The notes beneath the pieces were generated by a model. That model had not been told where the DNA came from and did not search any database. It saw only the letters and a program-made list of their open reading frames with translations. Below are positions 37,524 through 47,653 of a stretch of DNA of 64,000 bases, piece after piece. Numbering within the stretch: position 1 is the stretch's first letter; each line of letters opens with the position of its first letter. The DNA is taken from assembly GCA_012842685.1 (NCBI GenBank), contig DUSI01000010.1, forward strand, positions 23,988 through 87,987, read 5' to 3'. This DNA comes from Candidatus Fermentithermobacillaceae bacterium. GTDB taxonomy: Bacteria; Bacillota; Sulfobacillia; Fermentithermobacillales; Fermentithermobacillaceae. A program made the position numbers and the translations under genes.

Positions 37524-38069
37524 CTATTGAACCTCACCTGGGGCGATGATGTCCTTTATGACTTGGGCCGAGTGCTTGACCAGCTGCTGCATCTCGCATA
37601 TGGCCATGCTCTGGAACATGGCATTTTGGGCGTCGGCAAGCGCCGATACTGCCTGCTGGAGCGACATGGCTATCTGACGGTCGGCCCTTGCCTGTTGCAT
37701 CGCCAGCTGGGCGCCCAGCTGGGTTACGAGCTCCTGGGCCTGGGCCGCGTTCTGCCTGAGGGATTCGTCTCCTTGAGATACCAGGGCCGAAAGCTGCTGG
37801 GTCAGGGCGAAAAGCGTGTCTATGTGCTGCGAGTCGGCGACGTGGTACGAAGCCTTGGACAGGCAGCTCTGGAGGTTTTGCTCCGTAGACATCTGCTCGG
37901 CGCGGATGCCGTTTTGCACTTGGCTTAGAGATTCCTCGATTTTCTCTGCAGGCGTCGTGGGGGCGCCTGCGCCCGGCGGCTTGAAAGAGCGCCTGAGCTC
38001 TTCGGCGATGTGGGACCCGGCATTCTTGTCGAAGCTTCCTTCGATCGTGTAATCCTCGTTCTTGGGCAT
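37524..38069 (-). CDS. Gln/Ala-rich coiled-coil hypothetical protein
   Basis: ATG at 38069 preceded by GAGGAGGAGAGG; composition-biased helical sequence. Confidence 0.55.
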   Translation of the reverse strand: MPKNEDYTIEGSFDKNAGSHIAEELRRSFKPPGAGAPTTPAEKIEESLSQVQNGIRAEQMSTEQNLQSCLSKASYHVADSQHIDTLFALTQQLSALVSQGDESLRQNAAQAQELVTQLGAQLAMQQARADRQIAMSLQQAVSALADAQNAMFQSMAICEMQQLVKHSAQVIKDIIAPGEVQ

Positions 38070-38216
38070 AGAGCCTCTCCTCCTCGAAAGGTAAATCCCC
38101 ACACGGGAGGCGCTATCTCTCACCGCATGGGCCGGTTGGTCTTTCACGACACATAGTCTGCCCCAAAGGAAAACCCCGGACACGCGGCGAATGGACGGGC
38201 GAAAGGGGGTCGAGAA

Positions 38217-38492
38217 ATGTCGAGGTTCCTGCGTGTGGGATTCATCTCCGACCGGATAGGAGACATAATCGAAGCTTCTTCGATGCTCCTCGAACGGATG
38301 GACCCGGCCGACGAGAGGGCCGAGATCGTCAAGGACATACTGTCCATGGCGTGCGAAGTGCGGGATTTCCTTTCCAGGTGGAGCTCTGAGCCCATTATCT
38401 ACACGGGTTCCGGCACGACGGACGATGTAATCAGGATGCTCGACACGCTGATCACCGAAGCAAGGCAGCGCTCCCAGGCGGTAATGGGCTGA
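38217..38492 (+). CDS. small hypothetical protein (91 aa)
   Basis: AAGGGGG RBS 7 nt before the ATG. Confidence 0.45.
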   Translation: MSRFLRVGFISDRIGDIIEASSMLLERMDPADERAEIVKDILSMACEVRDFLSRWSSEPIIYTGSGTTDDVIRMLDTLITEARQRSQAVMG

Positions 38493-38571
38493 TTCTTAGG
38501 CCCGTGCGGAGTGAGACATTTGCCTTTCTTCTGAGAGGGTGTACACTCGATCAGAGGGAGGGATTATCTCG

Positions 38572-38790
38572 ATGCCCATTTTCGAGTTCAGGTGCAAAAG
38601 CTGCGGGTCGAAGTTTGAGTTCTACCTAAGGGGGAGCGAAGTCCCCTCCTGTCCTTCCTGTGGGTCTAAAGACCTGTCCAAGCTTTTCTCCACTTTCTCT
38701 GCGCACGTGAAAGGTGGGACCGGAGCGGCTTCCTCAGGCGGTTCGTCGTGCTCCGGCTGCTCGGGCGGCCACTGCTCCACGTGCAAGTAG
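38572..38790 (+). CDS. FmdB-family zinc-ribbon protein
   Basis: MPIFEFRCKSCGSKFE...CPSCGS; AGGGAGGG RBS; Gly/Ser/Cys-rich tail. Confidence 0.7.
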   Translation: MPIFEFRCKSCGSKFEFYLRGSEVPSCPSCGSKDLSKLFSTFSAHVKGGTGAASSGGSSCSGCSGGHCSTCK

Positions 38791-38808
38791 GGGCGAGGTG
38801 ATAACCGG

Positions 38809-39447
38809 ATGGCTGATGTTTCGGCCTTAAAGGAAGAAGTGCTCGAGACCGCCAAGGCCGGCTACCGCGAGGGGCTTTTCAAGGGCACGAGCGGCAACCT
38901 GAGCGCCCGGGACCGCGGGTCGGGACTCGTGGTCATAACCCCCACATCCCTGCCCTATGACACGATGACCCTGGAAGACTTAGTGGTGATGGATAGGGAA
39001 GGGCGCGTTGTGGAAGGCTTTAGAAAGCCCTCGTCCGAGTGGAAGATGCACGCAAGGATTTACAAAGAAAAAGAAGATGTTTTCTCCGTTTTTCACACCC
39101 ATTCTCCCTACGCTACGGCGTTCGCGGTACTAAGGCAGCCGGTCCCGCCGGTCCTCACCGAGATGATCCCGTTCATCGGGGGAGACATACCCGTGGCCGA
39201 GTTCGCTCTCCCCGGCACCGAGGAGCTGGGATTGAGGGTGGCGGAAGCCCTTAGGGAGAGGGGCGCGTGCCTCCTTGCCAACCACGGGGTTGTTGCAGTT
39301 GGCTCCTCAGTCCGCGAGGCGTACCTTAGGGCAGTCTACGTGGAGGACGCGTCGAGGATATACCACCACGCCTTGTCGGTGGGGACGCCATGCCTCGTCC
39401 CCGAAGAGGCTATCCGCAAAATCATATCTCCCGCCGTCAGAGGGTAG
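38809..39447 (+). CDS. class II aldolase/adducin-family protein (fuculose-phosphate-aldolase-like)
   Basis: GTSGNLSAR, FHTHSPYATAF, ANHGVVAVG metal/active-site pattern. Confidence 0.85.
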   Translation: MADVSALKEEVLETAKAGYREGLFKGTSGNLSARDRGSGLVVITPTSLPYDTMTLEDLVVMDREGRVVEGFRKPSSEWKMHARIYKEKEDVFSVFHTHSPYATAFAVLRQPVPPVLTEMIPFIGGDIPVAEFALPGTEELGLRVAEALRERGACLLANHGVVAVGSSVREAYLRAVYVEDASRIYHHALSVGTPCLVPEEAIRKIISPAVRG

Positions 39448-39534
39448 ATTTTAGAAGGAATCGCGACAGGGAAACCTTGCCGCTCCGCAGGCGTATTAGC
39501 TTCTGCGTGAGACAGATGCGAAGGGGGATGAAAG

Positions 39535-39969
39535 ATGTCCAAAGACCTTTGGTCCAAGATAAGCCAGACCATCAAGACGGGAGCCGAGACCCTCGTCCAG
39601 GAAACCAAGGAACTCACCAAGATGGGCCGCCTGAAGGTGGAGCTCATGACCCTTGAGAACGAACGGAACCGGAAACTCCAGGAGCTCGGGCGCAAGGTTT
39701 ACGCCCTCTACAAAGTCGGGGCGGCTTTCCCGCCCGAACTGGCCCAGGACTTCCAGGCTGTAGACGAGACCGAGAAGCGCATCGAGGAGACAAACAGGGA
39801 AATCGAGGACCTCAAAGCGGAAGACGAGGCCAGGGAGGCGGCCCGCCTGGAAGAGGAGAAGGCAAAAGGAGAGACTTCGGGCCCGAAGGCCTACTGCTCC
39901 CAGTGCGGCGCGGAGCTCCGTCCCACGGACGTGTTCTGCTCCCAGTGCGGGACCAAAGTCGCCGGCTGA
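39535..39969 (+). CDS. coiled-coil protein with a C-terminal zinc ribbon
   Basis: CSQCGAELRPTDVFCSQCGTKV; AAGGGGGA RBS. Confidence 0.6.
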   Translation: MSKDLWSKISQTIKTGAETLVQETKELTKMGRLKVELMTLENERNRKLQELGRKVYALYKVGAAFPPELAQDFQAVDETEKRIEETNREIEDLKAEDEAREAARLEEEKAKGETSGPKAYCSQCGAELRPTDVFCSQCGTKVAG

Positions 39970-40107
39970 AGGACCACTCCGGTGAACAGGAAGCCTGAAA
40001 GCGAGCCCCACGGCCCGCTTTCTTTTTGTGGGCAGTTTGTGACAAAAGGTATGAACTCAAGGCATGTTGAAAAATAGCGGGAACGATCTTAGGAGGGGGT
40101 TTTTGAC

Positions 40108-40959
40108 TTGGCGAAAATCCTTGACGGCAAAGCCGTCGCTGCATCAATCAGGGAAGAGGTCAGAGCAGAAGTCAAGGCTCTCAAGGAACAAGGAATAACG
40201 CCAAAGCTCGCGGTAGTGCTCGTAGGGGAAGACCCCGCTTCCGTGATTTACGCGAGGTCCAAGGAAAAAGCGTGCAAGAACTCGGGTATCGACTTCGAAC
40301 TACATAGCTTCCCCGAGACTGCCACGGAAGAAGAGGTGCTCAAGAAGATCGCCGAGCTCAACGAGGACCCGGGCTGCCACGGGATCATGGTTGAGCTCCC
40401 GCTGCCCAAGCACATAAATAAGGAACGGGTCATGATGGCCGTCCATCCCGACAAAGACGTCGACGGGCTAAGCCCCATAAACAGGGGAAGGATGTTCACC
40501 CAGAAGGACGGGCTGTTCCCGGTCACACCCCAAAGCTGCATCGAGATCATGAAACGCCAGGGCATTACCCTGGAGGGGAAGAATGTCTGCCTCGTCGGGC
40601 GCGGGGATACGGTAGGAAAGCCCTTGATCTTCCTCCTCCTCAACGAAAACGCCACCGTGACCGTTTGCCACACGAGGACTAGGGATCTCAAGAAGCACAC
40701 CCTGGCCGCGGACATCATCATTGCCGCCGCCGGTAGGCCAGGCCTTATAACCCGCGACATGGTGAGCCCGGGCACCGTCGTCGTCGATGCGGGCATCAAC
40801 GACGTCGACGGCAAGACCGTGGGAGACGTGGATTTCGAGGCGGTCTCCGAGGTGGCAGAGGCCATAACCCCGGTCCCCGGCGGCGTGGGGAGCCTGACCA
40901 CGGCGCTCATCCAGAAGAACATCTTGAGGGCCATAGGCCTCCAGAGGGCGGGCAAGTAG
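40108..40959 (+). CDS. folD: bifunctional 5,10-methylene-THF dehydrogenase / methenyl-THF cyclohydrolase
   Basis: N-terminus AKILDGKAVAASIREEV, GRGDTVGKP; TTG start 8 nt after AGGAGGGGG. Confidence 0.93.
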   Translation: MAKILDGKAVAASIREEVRAEVKALKEQGITPKLAVVLVGEDPASVIYARSKEKACKNSGIDFELHSFPETATEEEVLKKIAELNEDPGCHGIMVELPLPKHINKERVMMAVHPDKDVDGLSPINRGRMFTQKDGLFPVTPQSCIEIMKRQGITLEGKNVCLVGRGDTVGKPLIFLLLNENATVTVCHTRTRDLKKHTLAADIIIAAAGRPGLITRDMVSPGTVVVDAGINDVDGKTVGDVDFEAVSEVAEAITPVPGGVGSLTTALIQKNILRAIGLQRAGK

Positions 40960-40981
40960 ATTTTCTGAAAGGAGAAATGAC

Positions 40982-41620
40982 ATGAGCGATCTGTTCTCCC
41001 AGAGCCTGAGAGACGTCCTCAAAGTAGCGGCGTCCAGCGAGCCGACGCCCGGAGGCGGCAGCATAGCCGCCATCACAGCGGGTTTCGCCGCGTCCATGGT
41101 GAGCATGGTATGCAACCTCACCATAGGCAAGAAGAAGTATAGGGACGTAGAAGAACAGGTGACCCGGATTAGGGACCGGGCCCTTGCGCTTATGAACAGG
41201 GCAGAAGAGCTTGTCCAGGCGGATATGGCGGTTTTCGGCCGGTTTATGGAGTGCTACAAGATGCCTGCCTCAACCGACGAGGAGAAGGAGAGGCGGGAGC
41301 ACCTCATCCAGGAGGCCCTGAAGGGAGCCACCGAGACCCCCATCGACATAGCCCGCGCCGCCGTGAGCATACTCGAGCTGGTAGATGAGCTCGCTCCCAT
41401 CGGGAGCCAGATGGCCATCAGCGACGCCGGCGTGGCCGCGTACCTTGCGGACGCCGCCGTGAGCTCTGCACTCCTGAACGTCGACATAAACGTCCCCCTC
41501 ATCAAAGATGAGTCCTTTGTGGCCAAGGCCCTCGAGGAAAAAAACGGCCTGCTGGAACAGGCCGCTCGGCTGAAAGATAGAGCGGTGGCTACTGTTTCTC
41601 GCCGGCTTCAGTCTTCCTGA
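40982..41620 (+). CDS. fchA: formimino-THF cyclodeaminase / methenyl-THF cyclohydrolase-like (FTCD_C domain) protein
   Basis: SSEPTPGGGSIAAITAGFAASMVSMV hallmark; adjacent to folD. Confidence 0.75.
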   Translation: MSDLFSQSLRDVLKVAASSEPTPGGGSIAAITAGFAASMVSMVCNLTIGKKKYRDVEEQVTRIRDRALALMNRAEELVQADMAVFGRFMECYKMPASTDEEKERREHLIQEALKGATETPIDIARAAVSILELVDELAPIGSQMAISDAGVAAYLADAAVSSALLNVDINVPLIKDESFVAKALEEKNGLLEQAARLKDRAVATVSRRLQSS

Positions 41621-42041
41621 ACCTGAGCCGCCGAAGGGGGCGGGGCTCTTTCTGGGCTTCCGCTCCCTCTCCCCTGATGCTGAAGGGACCGAAGAACCGG
41701 CCGCGCCTTACGTTCCTGGGTGCCCTCGGCAGTCCGGTGTAGATGTCGTACGTATGGCTGTGGTTATCGTCTACGGTTGTCGTGCCCTGCAGGCGGTGGA
41801 CGTGTCCCATCATCACCGGCATCTCAATGCTCGAGAGACCGTTTAGGCGGTGGGTGTGGTTCGCGGCGACCCTGGTTTCAGCGGCGTATTCGTGGGCGTG
41901 GCCGCCCGCCACCACGGTCTGGATGTTGGTCGAACCGGTGAAGGTATGGAAATGGCCCCTGTCAACCGACGTTCTGCCGAAGAAATCATGGACGTGCTGC
42001 GGTCCGGTCTCGCGAGCCGTTACGTCGTTTTTCTCTTCCAC
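41589..42041 (-). CDS. YmaF-family protein
   Basis: repeated H-x-H blocks (HVHDFFGRT..GHFHTFTGST..GGHAHEY..NHTHRL..GHVHRL..NHSHTY). Confidence 0.65.
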   Translation of the reverse strand: MEEKNDVTARETGPQHVHDFFGRTSVDRGHFHTFTGSTNIQTVVAGGHAHEYAAETRVAANHTHRLNGLSSIEMPVMMGHVHRLQGTTTVDDNHSHTYDIYTGLPRAPRNVRRGRFFGPFSIRGEGAEAQKEPRPLRRLRFRKTEAGEKQ

Positions 42042-42106
42042 GCCATGCGCCTCCTCATTACGGCTTCGTAAGATAATATGAACGCCGCGTTTTGCATGTG
42101 AGGGCG

Positions 42107-42562
42107 CTACGCGCGGAGCAGCATGCCGGCTAATTCGCTCCAGCTCAAGTTCGACTTTATCTCCGAAACGTCGACCCTGAGCCCCGTGCGGTTAAGCGAC
42201 ACGTTCCGTATGGTCAGGGAGGAGATGTAACCCTTCGATAGGGCAACGAGGTCCACTTCGACGACGCTGTGCCCTGCGTACATCGCTCCGGGCACTCCGG
42301 ATATCAGTGGCCGGATCACGAGCCAGTTGGGTTTTATGGGCGGAGTGACTCTTAGGGATATCCGGGAACCGGCGAAAGACTGCACCTCCACTTTGAACTT
42401 CACCGGGAGGTTGAAGAGGAACGATGCCCTCACGGTGAGCTCCAGCCCCGAGTCTCTCAGCGCGACGTCGCTTATCTGGATCCCTTGGGGAAGCGGCACG
42501 CTCATTATGAGGGCCGAAACCTCACGCGGCGCGAGGGAAATGGAAAGGGCATCGACTTGCAC
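42107..42562 (-). CDS. hypothetical protein (151 aa), beta-rich
   Basis: ORF only; downstream of the ymaF-like gene. Confidence 0.45.
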   Translation of the reverse strand: MQVDALSISLAPREVSALIMSVPLPQGIQISDVALRDSGLELTVRASFLFNLPVKFKVEVQSFAGSRISLRVTPPIKPNWLVIRPLISGVPGAMYAGHSVVEVDLVALSKGYISSLTIRNVSLNRTGLRVDVSEIKSNLSWSELAGMLLRA

Positions 42563-42821
42563 AGAATCCCTCCCGAGTCTTCTTTACATAACGCTATGCC
42601 CGTAGGACCAAAGATGTCACACCGGCCACTTCTATGTTACCCAGGGCGCGCCCTGAAGGAGCTTCCGGAGTCTGGGGAGAATGGTTCTGAGGCCGGTATG
42701 AAAACGTTTTCAGATAGCCCGGACAAGTTGTGAAAGCGTTTTCAGCGATGTCGTAGCAGCCGTTTTCCGCCGGATTCCATAGCCAGCCGCTCAACGCGTT
42801 CCCTGAAAGGGGAGGGGACCT

Positions 42822-43955
42822 ATGAAGACCGAGGTAACCATCAAAGATGTAGCCCGCAAGGCAGGGGTATCCATAGCGACGGTATCGAGGGTCATAAACA
42901 ACACGGGGTACGTGAGCGAGTCCACCCGGAAGCGGGTCGAGGAAGCCATAGCCCTCCTGGGGTACAGCCCCAATCCGTCTGCGCGGATCCTGTCAGGAGG
43001 TCCATCCAAGGCCACTTCCAAGAAGGATATACTCGTCTTCGGCAGCCTGAACGTTGACTTCGTGGTCAGGACCGGAAGGAGGCCCCTGCCGGGCGAGACG
43101 GTCACGGGGACGGGTTTCAGCGTGCACGCCGGCGGCAAGGGGGCGAACCAGGCCGTCGCCGCAAGCAAGGCCGGTGGGAGGGTCAGCATAGCCGGCAAGG
43201 TCGGCGACGACATGTTCTCTGGAGTCCTGACTAGAAGCCTGCTAGATGCAGGGGTGAGGGGCGATCTCCTCGAGCGAGTGCCGGGGATCCCGACGGGGTG
43301 CGCCTTTATCACGGTGGATGCTGGCGGCGAGAACTCCATAATAGTTGTCCCGGGCGCCAACGGGCTCGTGGGTAGAGAAGATGTGGAGCGGATCCTTCCC
43401 GCCCTGGACGAGTGCGGGATAATCCTCCTCCAGCTTGAGATCCCCTTGGATGCCGTCATGTTGGCCGTCAGGGAAGCGAAGAAACGAGGAGTCACAGTGA
43501 TGCTGGATCCCGCCCCACCTGTCCCGCTCGAGCCGGATTTCCTGTCGCTCATCGACTACATCACCCCGAACAGGCACGAGGCAGAGTTCCTGACGGGCAT
43601 CCCCGTGAAAGGCGTGGACTCGGCGGCCGAAGCGGCCCGAAAGCTCATAGCCCAGGGCGTTAGGTGCGCTGCCGTGAAACTAGGAGCGGAAGGCGTGGTC
43701 TACGCCACGAGGTCTTCCGTTGAGTACGTTCCGGCGCACAAAGTGAGCGTGGTGGACACCACCGCCGCAGGGGACGCGTTTTCCGGGGCGATGGCTGCGT
43801 ACCTGAGCGAGGGCAGGAGTCTCTGCGAGGCCGTGAGGTTCGCCAACGCGGCGGGTGCCCTTGCGGTTACGAGGGAAGGAGCCCAGCCCGCCATGCCGTG
43901 GCGGGGCGAGATCGAAAAGCTCATCGAGTGGGAGGAGACATTCCATGGGAGATGA
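42822..43955 (+). CDS. rbsK: LacI-type HTH DNA-binding domain fused to ribokinase (PfkB family)
   Basis: HTH VTIKDVARKAGVSIATVSRVINNTGYVSESTRKRVEEAIALLGYSPN, then ribokinase motifs GSLNVDFVV, GGKGANQAVAA, C-terminal DTTAAGDAF. Confidence 0.85.
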   Translation: MKTEVTIKDVARKAGVSIATVSRVINNTGYVSESTRKRVEEAIALLGYSPNPSARILSGGPSKATSKKDILVFGSLNVDFVVRTGRRPLPGETVTGTGFSVHAGGKGANQAVAASKAGGRVSIAGKVGDDMFSGVLTRSLLDAGVRGDLLERVPGIPTGCAFITVDAGGENSIIVVPGANGLVGREDVERILPALDECGIILLQLEIPLDAVMLAVREAKKRGVTVMLDPAPPVPLEPDFLSLIDYITPNRHEAEFLTGIPVKGVDSAAEAARKLIAQGVRCAAVKLGAEGVVYATRSSVEYVPAHKVSVVDTTAAGDAFSGAMAAYLSEGRSLCEAVRFANAAGALAVTREGAQPAMPWRGEIEKLIEWEETFHGR

Positions 43956-44916
43956 TAGTATTCACGCCGTAAGCGGCGGAAAGATCCCGGTGATCATAGA
44001 CTGCGACCCCGGGCACGACGATGCGATTGCCCTCATGCTGGCTTTCGGCTGCGGGCGCCTGGATGTCTTGGGCGTTACCACCGTCGCGGGCAACACCACC
44101 GGGGAAAACGCCTATAGAAACGCCCGAGCGGTGCTCGCCCACATAGGCGCCGAAGACGTGCCTGTCGCCAGGGGCGCCGATGGACCTATCCTGCGGTCCC
44201 TCCACACTTCTCGGGATGTCCACGGCGAAAGCGGCCTCGTGGGCATCACTGTGCCGCCCGGCCTCAGGGAATGGGGAATGAACGCCGTCGAGTTCTTGTC
44301 TTCGACTCTGAGAAAGTCTGAGACCAGGATCGTCCTCGTCCCCACAGGTCCTCTGACCAACATAGCCATCGCTTTCCTCGCGTTTCCCGATATCAAGGAG
44401 AAGGTGGGACGGATCGTCCTCATGGGGGGCGCGGCAGGGCAGGGAAACGTCACGCCTTCCTCCGAGTACAACATCTACGCCGACCCCGAAGCTGCCCGCA
44501 TAGTCTTCCGGTCGGGAGTCCCCATCACCATGATCGGGCTGGACGCGACGCACAAAGCCCTTGTGTACCCCAGCGAAGTCGAGGAGATGCGGAAGACCGG
44601 AGCCGTGGGAGCTCTCGCCGCGCGGCTCATGGACTTCTACTCCCTGGCGTACAGGGCAAGAGGGTTTGAAGGCACGCCGGTACATGACGCCCTGGCGGTG
44701 GCCGCTGTCTTTGACGACGAGGTAGTTGAGACCAGGTACGCCCACGTGGATGTTGAGACCTGCGGGGAGCTCACCGCAGGGCGGACGGTGGTGGATTTCC
44801 GGAGCGCTGGGGGTAAGGTGCCCAACGCCAAAGTCGCGGTAGGCGTGGACAGGGAGAGATTCCTGGGCCACCTCATGGGCGCCCTCGCGGCCCTGGAGGG
44901 GGCAAATCCCGCTTAG
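43945..44916 (+). CDS. inosine-uridine-preferring nucleoside hydrolase (IunH/RihA family)
   Basis: IIDCDPGHDDA aspartate cluster; GGGAGGAG RBS; ATG overlaps the rbsK-fusion stop by 11 nt. Confidence 0.85.
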   Translation: MGDDSIHAVSGGKIPVIIDCDPGHDDAIALMLAFGCGRLDVLGVTTVAGNTTGENAYRNARAVLAHIGAEDVPVARGADGPILRSLHTSRDVHGESGLVGITVPPGLREWGMNAVEFLSSTLRKSETRIVLVPTGPLTNIAIAFLAFPDIKEKVGRIVLMGGAAGQGNVTPSSEYNIYADPEAARIVFRSGVPITMIGLDATHKALVYPSEVEEMRKTGAVGALAARLMDFYSLAYRARGFEGTPVHDALAVAAVFDDEVVETRYAHVDVETCGELTAGRTVVDFRSAGGKVPNAKVAVGVDRERFLGHLMGALAALEGANPA

Positions 44917-45353
44917 ACCCCGCAGTCGTCCCTGAGCTCCCCGGCGCCGGTTCACATAAGATGGGGTACGGGCAGGCCCGGCCAGGCGGTCTCTTGGAGC
45001 CGCCGGCGGGCCCTGGAAGCCTATACCGGTGGACGCGGGTGGACGTTATGGGCTGGATACGCCGGGCGGTCCGGTGGCTTAAGATGCGCGTGGGGCTAGA
45101 GCCCAGGGTGATAGCTCGCCCCGGGGGGCTCCGTAAGTGCCCTTTGAGCCCCGCTACATACGACGAGGCGACCGTGAACGTCGGCCGCCTCTCGATGACC
45201 GTCAGATCCTCAAGCGATCTGCAATTTCCCTATGAGCTCACCGTTGTCGTCCCCAGGGTGGAGATCACCGAACGCTATGTCGACGGCAGACTGTCCGAGG
45301 TCATCTCCACCTACTCCAGCGTCACCATAGCCCGGTCCCCCCGGTTCGAGTTC

Positions 45354-47522
45354 CTATCCCGGGAACTTGACCAGAAAAAGTCTTCCCCTTGAATCCGCGA
45401 AGAGCACCTTTGTGCCCGCCGGCAGGCGCGCGATCAAGGGCGATACGAAGAGCGAAGCGTCGCTCACCTTGAAGTCGGTCTGGAATTCGTGGGTGAGGAA
45501 GGTTACGACACCCCTGTATCCGCCCGAGACATACTGGGGACCCGGTCCGGGTGAAGCTAAGAAAAGGGTGCTTCCCGCATCCATCCGCCAGAGGGGCGAG
45601 CCGTCTTCAGGTGAGAAGGCGTAGATGCTGCCGTTTGCTCCTCTCACCGTAAGCTCTCCCTCTCTTGAGATTGAGGGAGCGAGTAGGGTGGAGTGCCACC
45701 TCTGGCTCCACAGGGGTTCGCCCGAGATTAGGTCGTAGCACGCCAGGAGAGCGCCGCCCGAATGGGTGTCGTAGGCGGTTCCGGCAAAGACTTTCCCTCC
45801 GTGTACTTCGGGCGAAAGGAAAGGCGCGTAATATACCTGCCTGCCCATTTTGTGGGACCATACGACGCTTCCGGTTTCCAGGTCGACGCAGTAAAGGAAC
45901 CCGTCCCAGGCTCCAAACACCGCCCGTCCATCCGCGATCTTGGGGGCAGACACTATGGCTCCTCCGGCCTCAAGCTGCCAGTTTTTCCTGCCGGTTGTCG
46001 CGTTCAGGCTGTAGAGGACTCCCGATGAGGAACCGATTATGACGGACCGGTCTCCGGAGAGCGCCGCGATGGCCGGCAGGCCCGAGAAACCAGCCGTATC
46101 TACGCTCGCGCGCCAGATCCCGGTGCCGCGTGTAGCGTCGAGGCATATCACGTCTCCCTTGGCCGTGCCGAAATACAGCCGGTTTCCGTCCATTACCCCT
46201 CCGCCCCAGGGAGAACCGGCCGGGTACTCCCACAAGACCTCTCCGGTTTCAAGGTCCAAAAGCCTCACCTTGCCGTCTCTGGTCCCGAAGATGACCTGCC
46301 TTGTCCCACGAGGAAGGAACTCCCCGACAACAGCGCTCCCCAGGTCCATGCGCCACTCAAGAAGGTCGTAGGGGCTCTTTGCGAACTCTTTGTGCGCGTA
46401 GTAGGGGCCGTTTTCGGTTTCGGCCTTGATGCGCACCCTGTGGAATCCTTTGGCGTGGCCTGAGATGTCGAAAGTCAGCGTGTGGTCGCCTTTCTCAAGC
46501 AGGCCGAAGGACACGTACAGACCCCCGTCTATCTGGAGGCTTACCTCGGCCGGGGCGCCGAGGCTTAGCTTGCAGGTGAGGACTTCGTTTCCGGTTTCCG
46601 CCGACAGAGACAAGATGGGGCTCACCGCCGGGTCCTTCTTTGTGTTCCAGTTGCGCGAAGAGACCTCCAGGATCTTCTCCCGCTCGCGGCCTGCTTCAGA
46701 CACTTTCACCGAGTAGGCCGTGAGTGACTGTCCGTTCACCTCAACCACCGTGTACGCGCCGTCCATGAGTGCCCCGGTCATGAGGAAGTCCCGCCCCTGG
46801 CCTTTCCAGGTGATGAAAGAGTGGCCGTGGGCGCAGAAGACGACCCTCACCGGGTACTTTTCAATGAGGCTCGCGAACTCGTCGTCAGAGTCCTGGAACC
46901 TCGAGGGCTGGTAGAGAAGGGGGTGGTGGGCGAATATGGCCACCGGCTTCGTCTTGGGCTGGGCCCGGAGGTCAGCCTCGAGCCACCTCAGGGTCTCCGG
47001 CTCCAGCGTTCCTATGGTCTGTCCGGGATAGGTTGTGTCGAGGACGACGAAATGCCACTGGCCGTAGTCAAAGGAGTAGTTCCGCGGCCCCAAGGTGGAC
47101 GCGAAGATGGATCCCTGGGGGTCTTGCCACTTGGACTCATGGTTGCCCAGGGCGCCAAAGACGGGGAAGGGCAGGCCTTTCGTGAGTTGCTCGAAGATCT
47201 CGTACTCTTCCTCCGCTCCCGTTTCGGTGATATCGCCCGCGACTATGGCGAAGGCAACGCCTTTCTCGTTCAAAACCATGTCCTTGATGGCAAGATCGGT
47301 GTTCTTGTTGGCGGGACCGTACCCGAGGTGGCTGTCCGCCGCGAACACAAAAGAAAACCTGGAACGGCTCCCGCCTTGCAGGGTTCCCAGGGCCCTATAG
47401 GTGGAGAGCTCCACGGCAGCAGCCGCCGGTCTGGAAAGGAAGCCGAACGTTGTAACCAGGGTGAAAAGGATGAGCGCCGCAGCCCTCAGGCGCAGCTTTC
47501 GGTTCCAGCCGCAAGTAGGCAT
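45354..47522 (-). CDS. secreted calcineurin-like metallophosphoesterase fused to a PQQ/BamB-like beta-propeller repeat domain
   Basis: signal peptide; GDITETG and GNHES phosphoesterase motifs; C-terminal repeated G-x-V/L-x-A-x-D-x-x-T-G propeller blades. Confidence 0.8.
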   Translation of the reverse strand: MPTCGWNRKLRLRAAALILFTLVTTFGFLSRPAAAAVELSTYRALGTLQGGSRSRFSFVFAADSHLGYGPANKNTDLAIKDMVLNEKGVAFAIVAGDITETGAEEEYEIFEQLTKGLPFPVFGALGNHESKWQDPQGSIFASTLGPRNYSFDYGQWHFVVLDTTYPGQTIGTLEPETLRWLEADLRAQPKTKPVAIFAHHPLLYQPSRFQDSDDEFASLIEKYPVRVVFCAHGHSFITWKGQGRDFLMTGALMDGAYTVVEVNGQSLTAYSVKVSEAGREREKILEVSSRNWNTKKDPAVSPILSLSAETGNEVLTCKLSLGAPAEVSLQIDGGLYVSFGLLEKGDHTLTFDISGHAKGFHRVRIKAETENGPYYAHKEFAKSPYDLLEWRMDLGSAVVGEFLPRGTRQVIFGTRDGKVRLLDLETGEVLWEYPAGSPWGGGVMDGNRLYFGTAKGDVICLDATRGTGIWRASVDTAGFSGLPAIAALSGDRSVIIGSSSGVLYSLNATTGRKNWQLEAGGAIVSAPKIADGRAVFGAWDGFLYCVDLETGSVVWSHKMGRQVYYAPFLSPEVHGGKVFAGTAYDTHSGGALLACYDLISGEPLWSQRWHSTLLAPSISREGELTVRGANGSIYAFSPEDGSPLWRMDAGSTLFLASPGPGPQYVSGGYRGVVTFLTHEFQTDFKVSDASLFVSPLIARLPAGTKVLFADSRGRLFLVKFPG

Positions 47523-47653
47523 GTTCTGTCCTCCGTTGGCAATGTCTTCTACAAAGATCGACGGACGGCGGGGAAAAGGGTTCCGTTACAGGTTCATCTG
47601 GCCCGTGTCCTGCGGCATGGGCGGAGAGCGGTTACACGCACACGTGCGGCGGT

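Noticed and set aside
44961-45392. 143-aa ORF between the nucleoside hydrolase and the phosphoesterase
   Set aside because: It overlaps the convergent phosphoesterase 3' end by 39 nt, has no motif and no clear RBS. It could be a real small protein, but this is not supportable from sequence alone.
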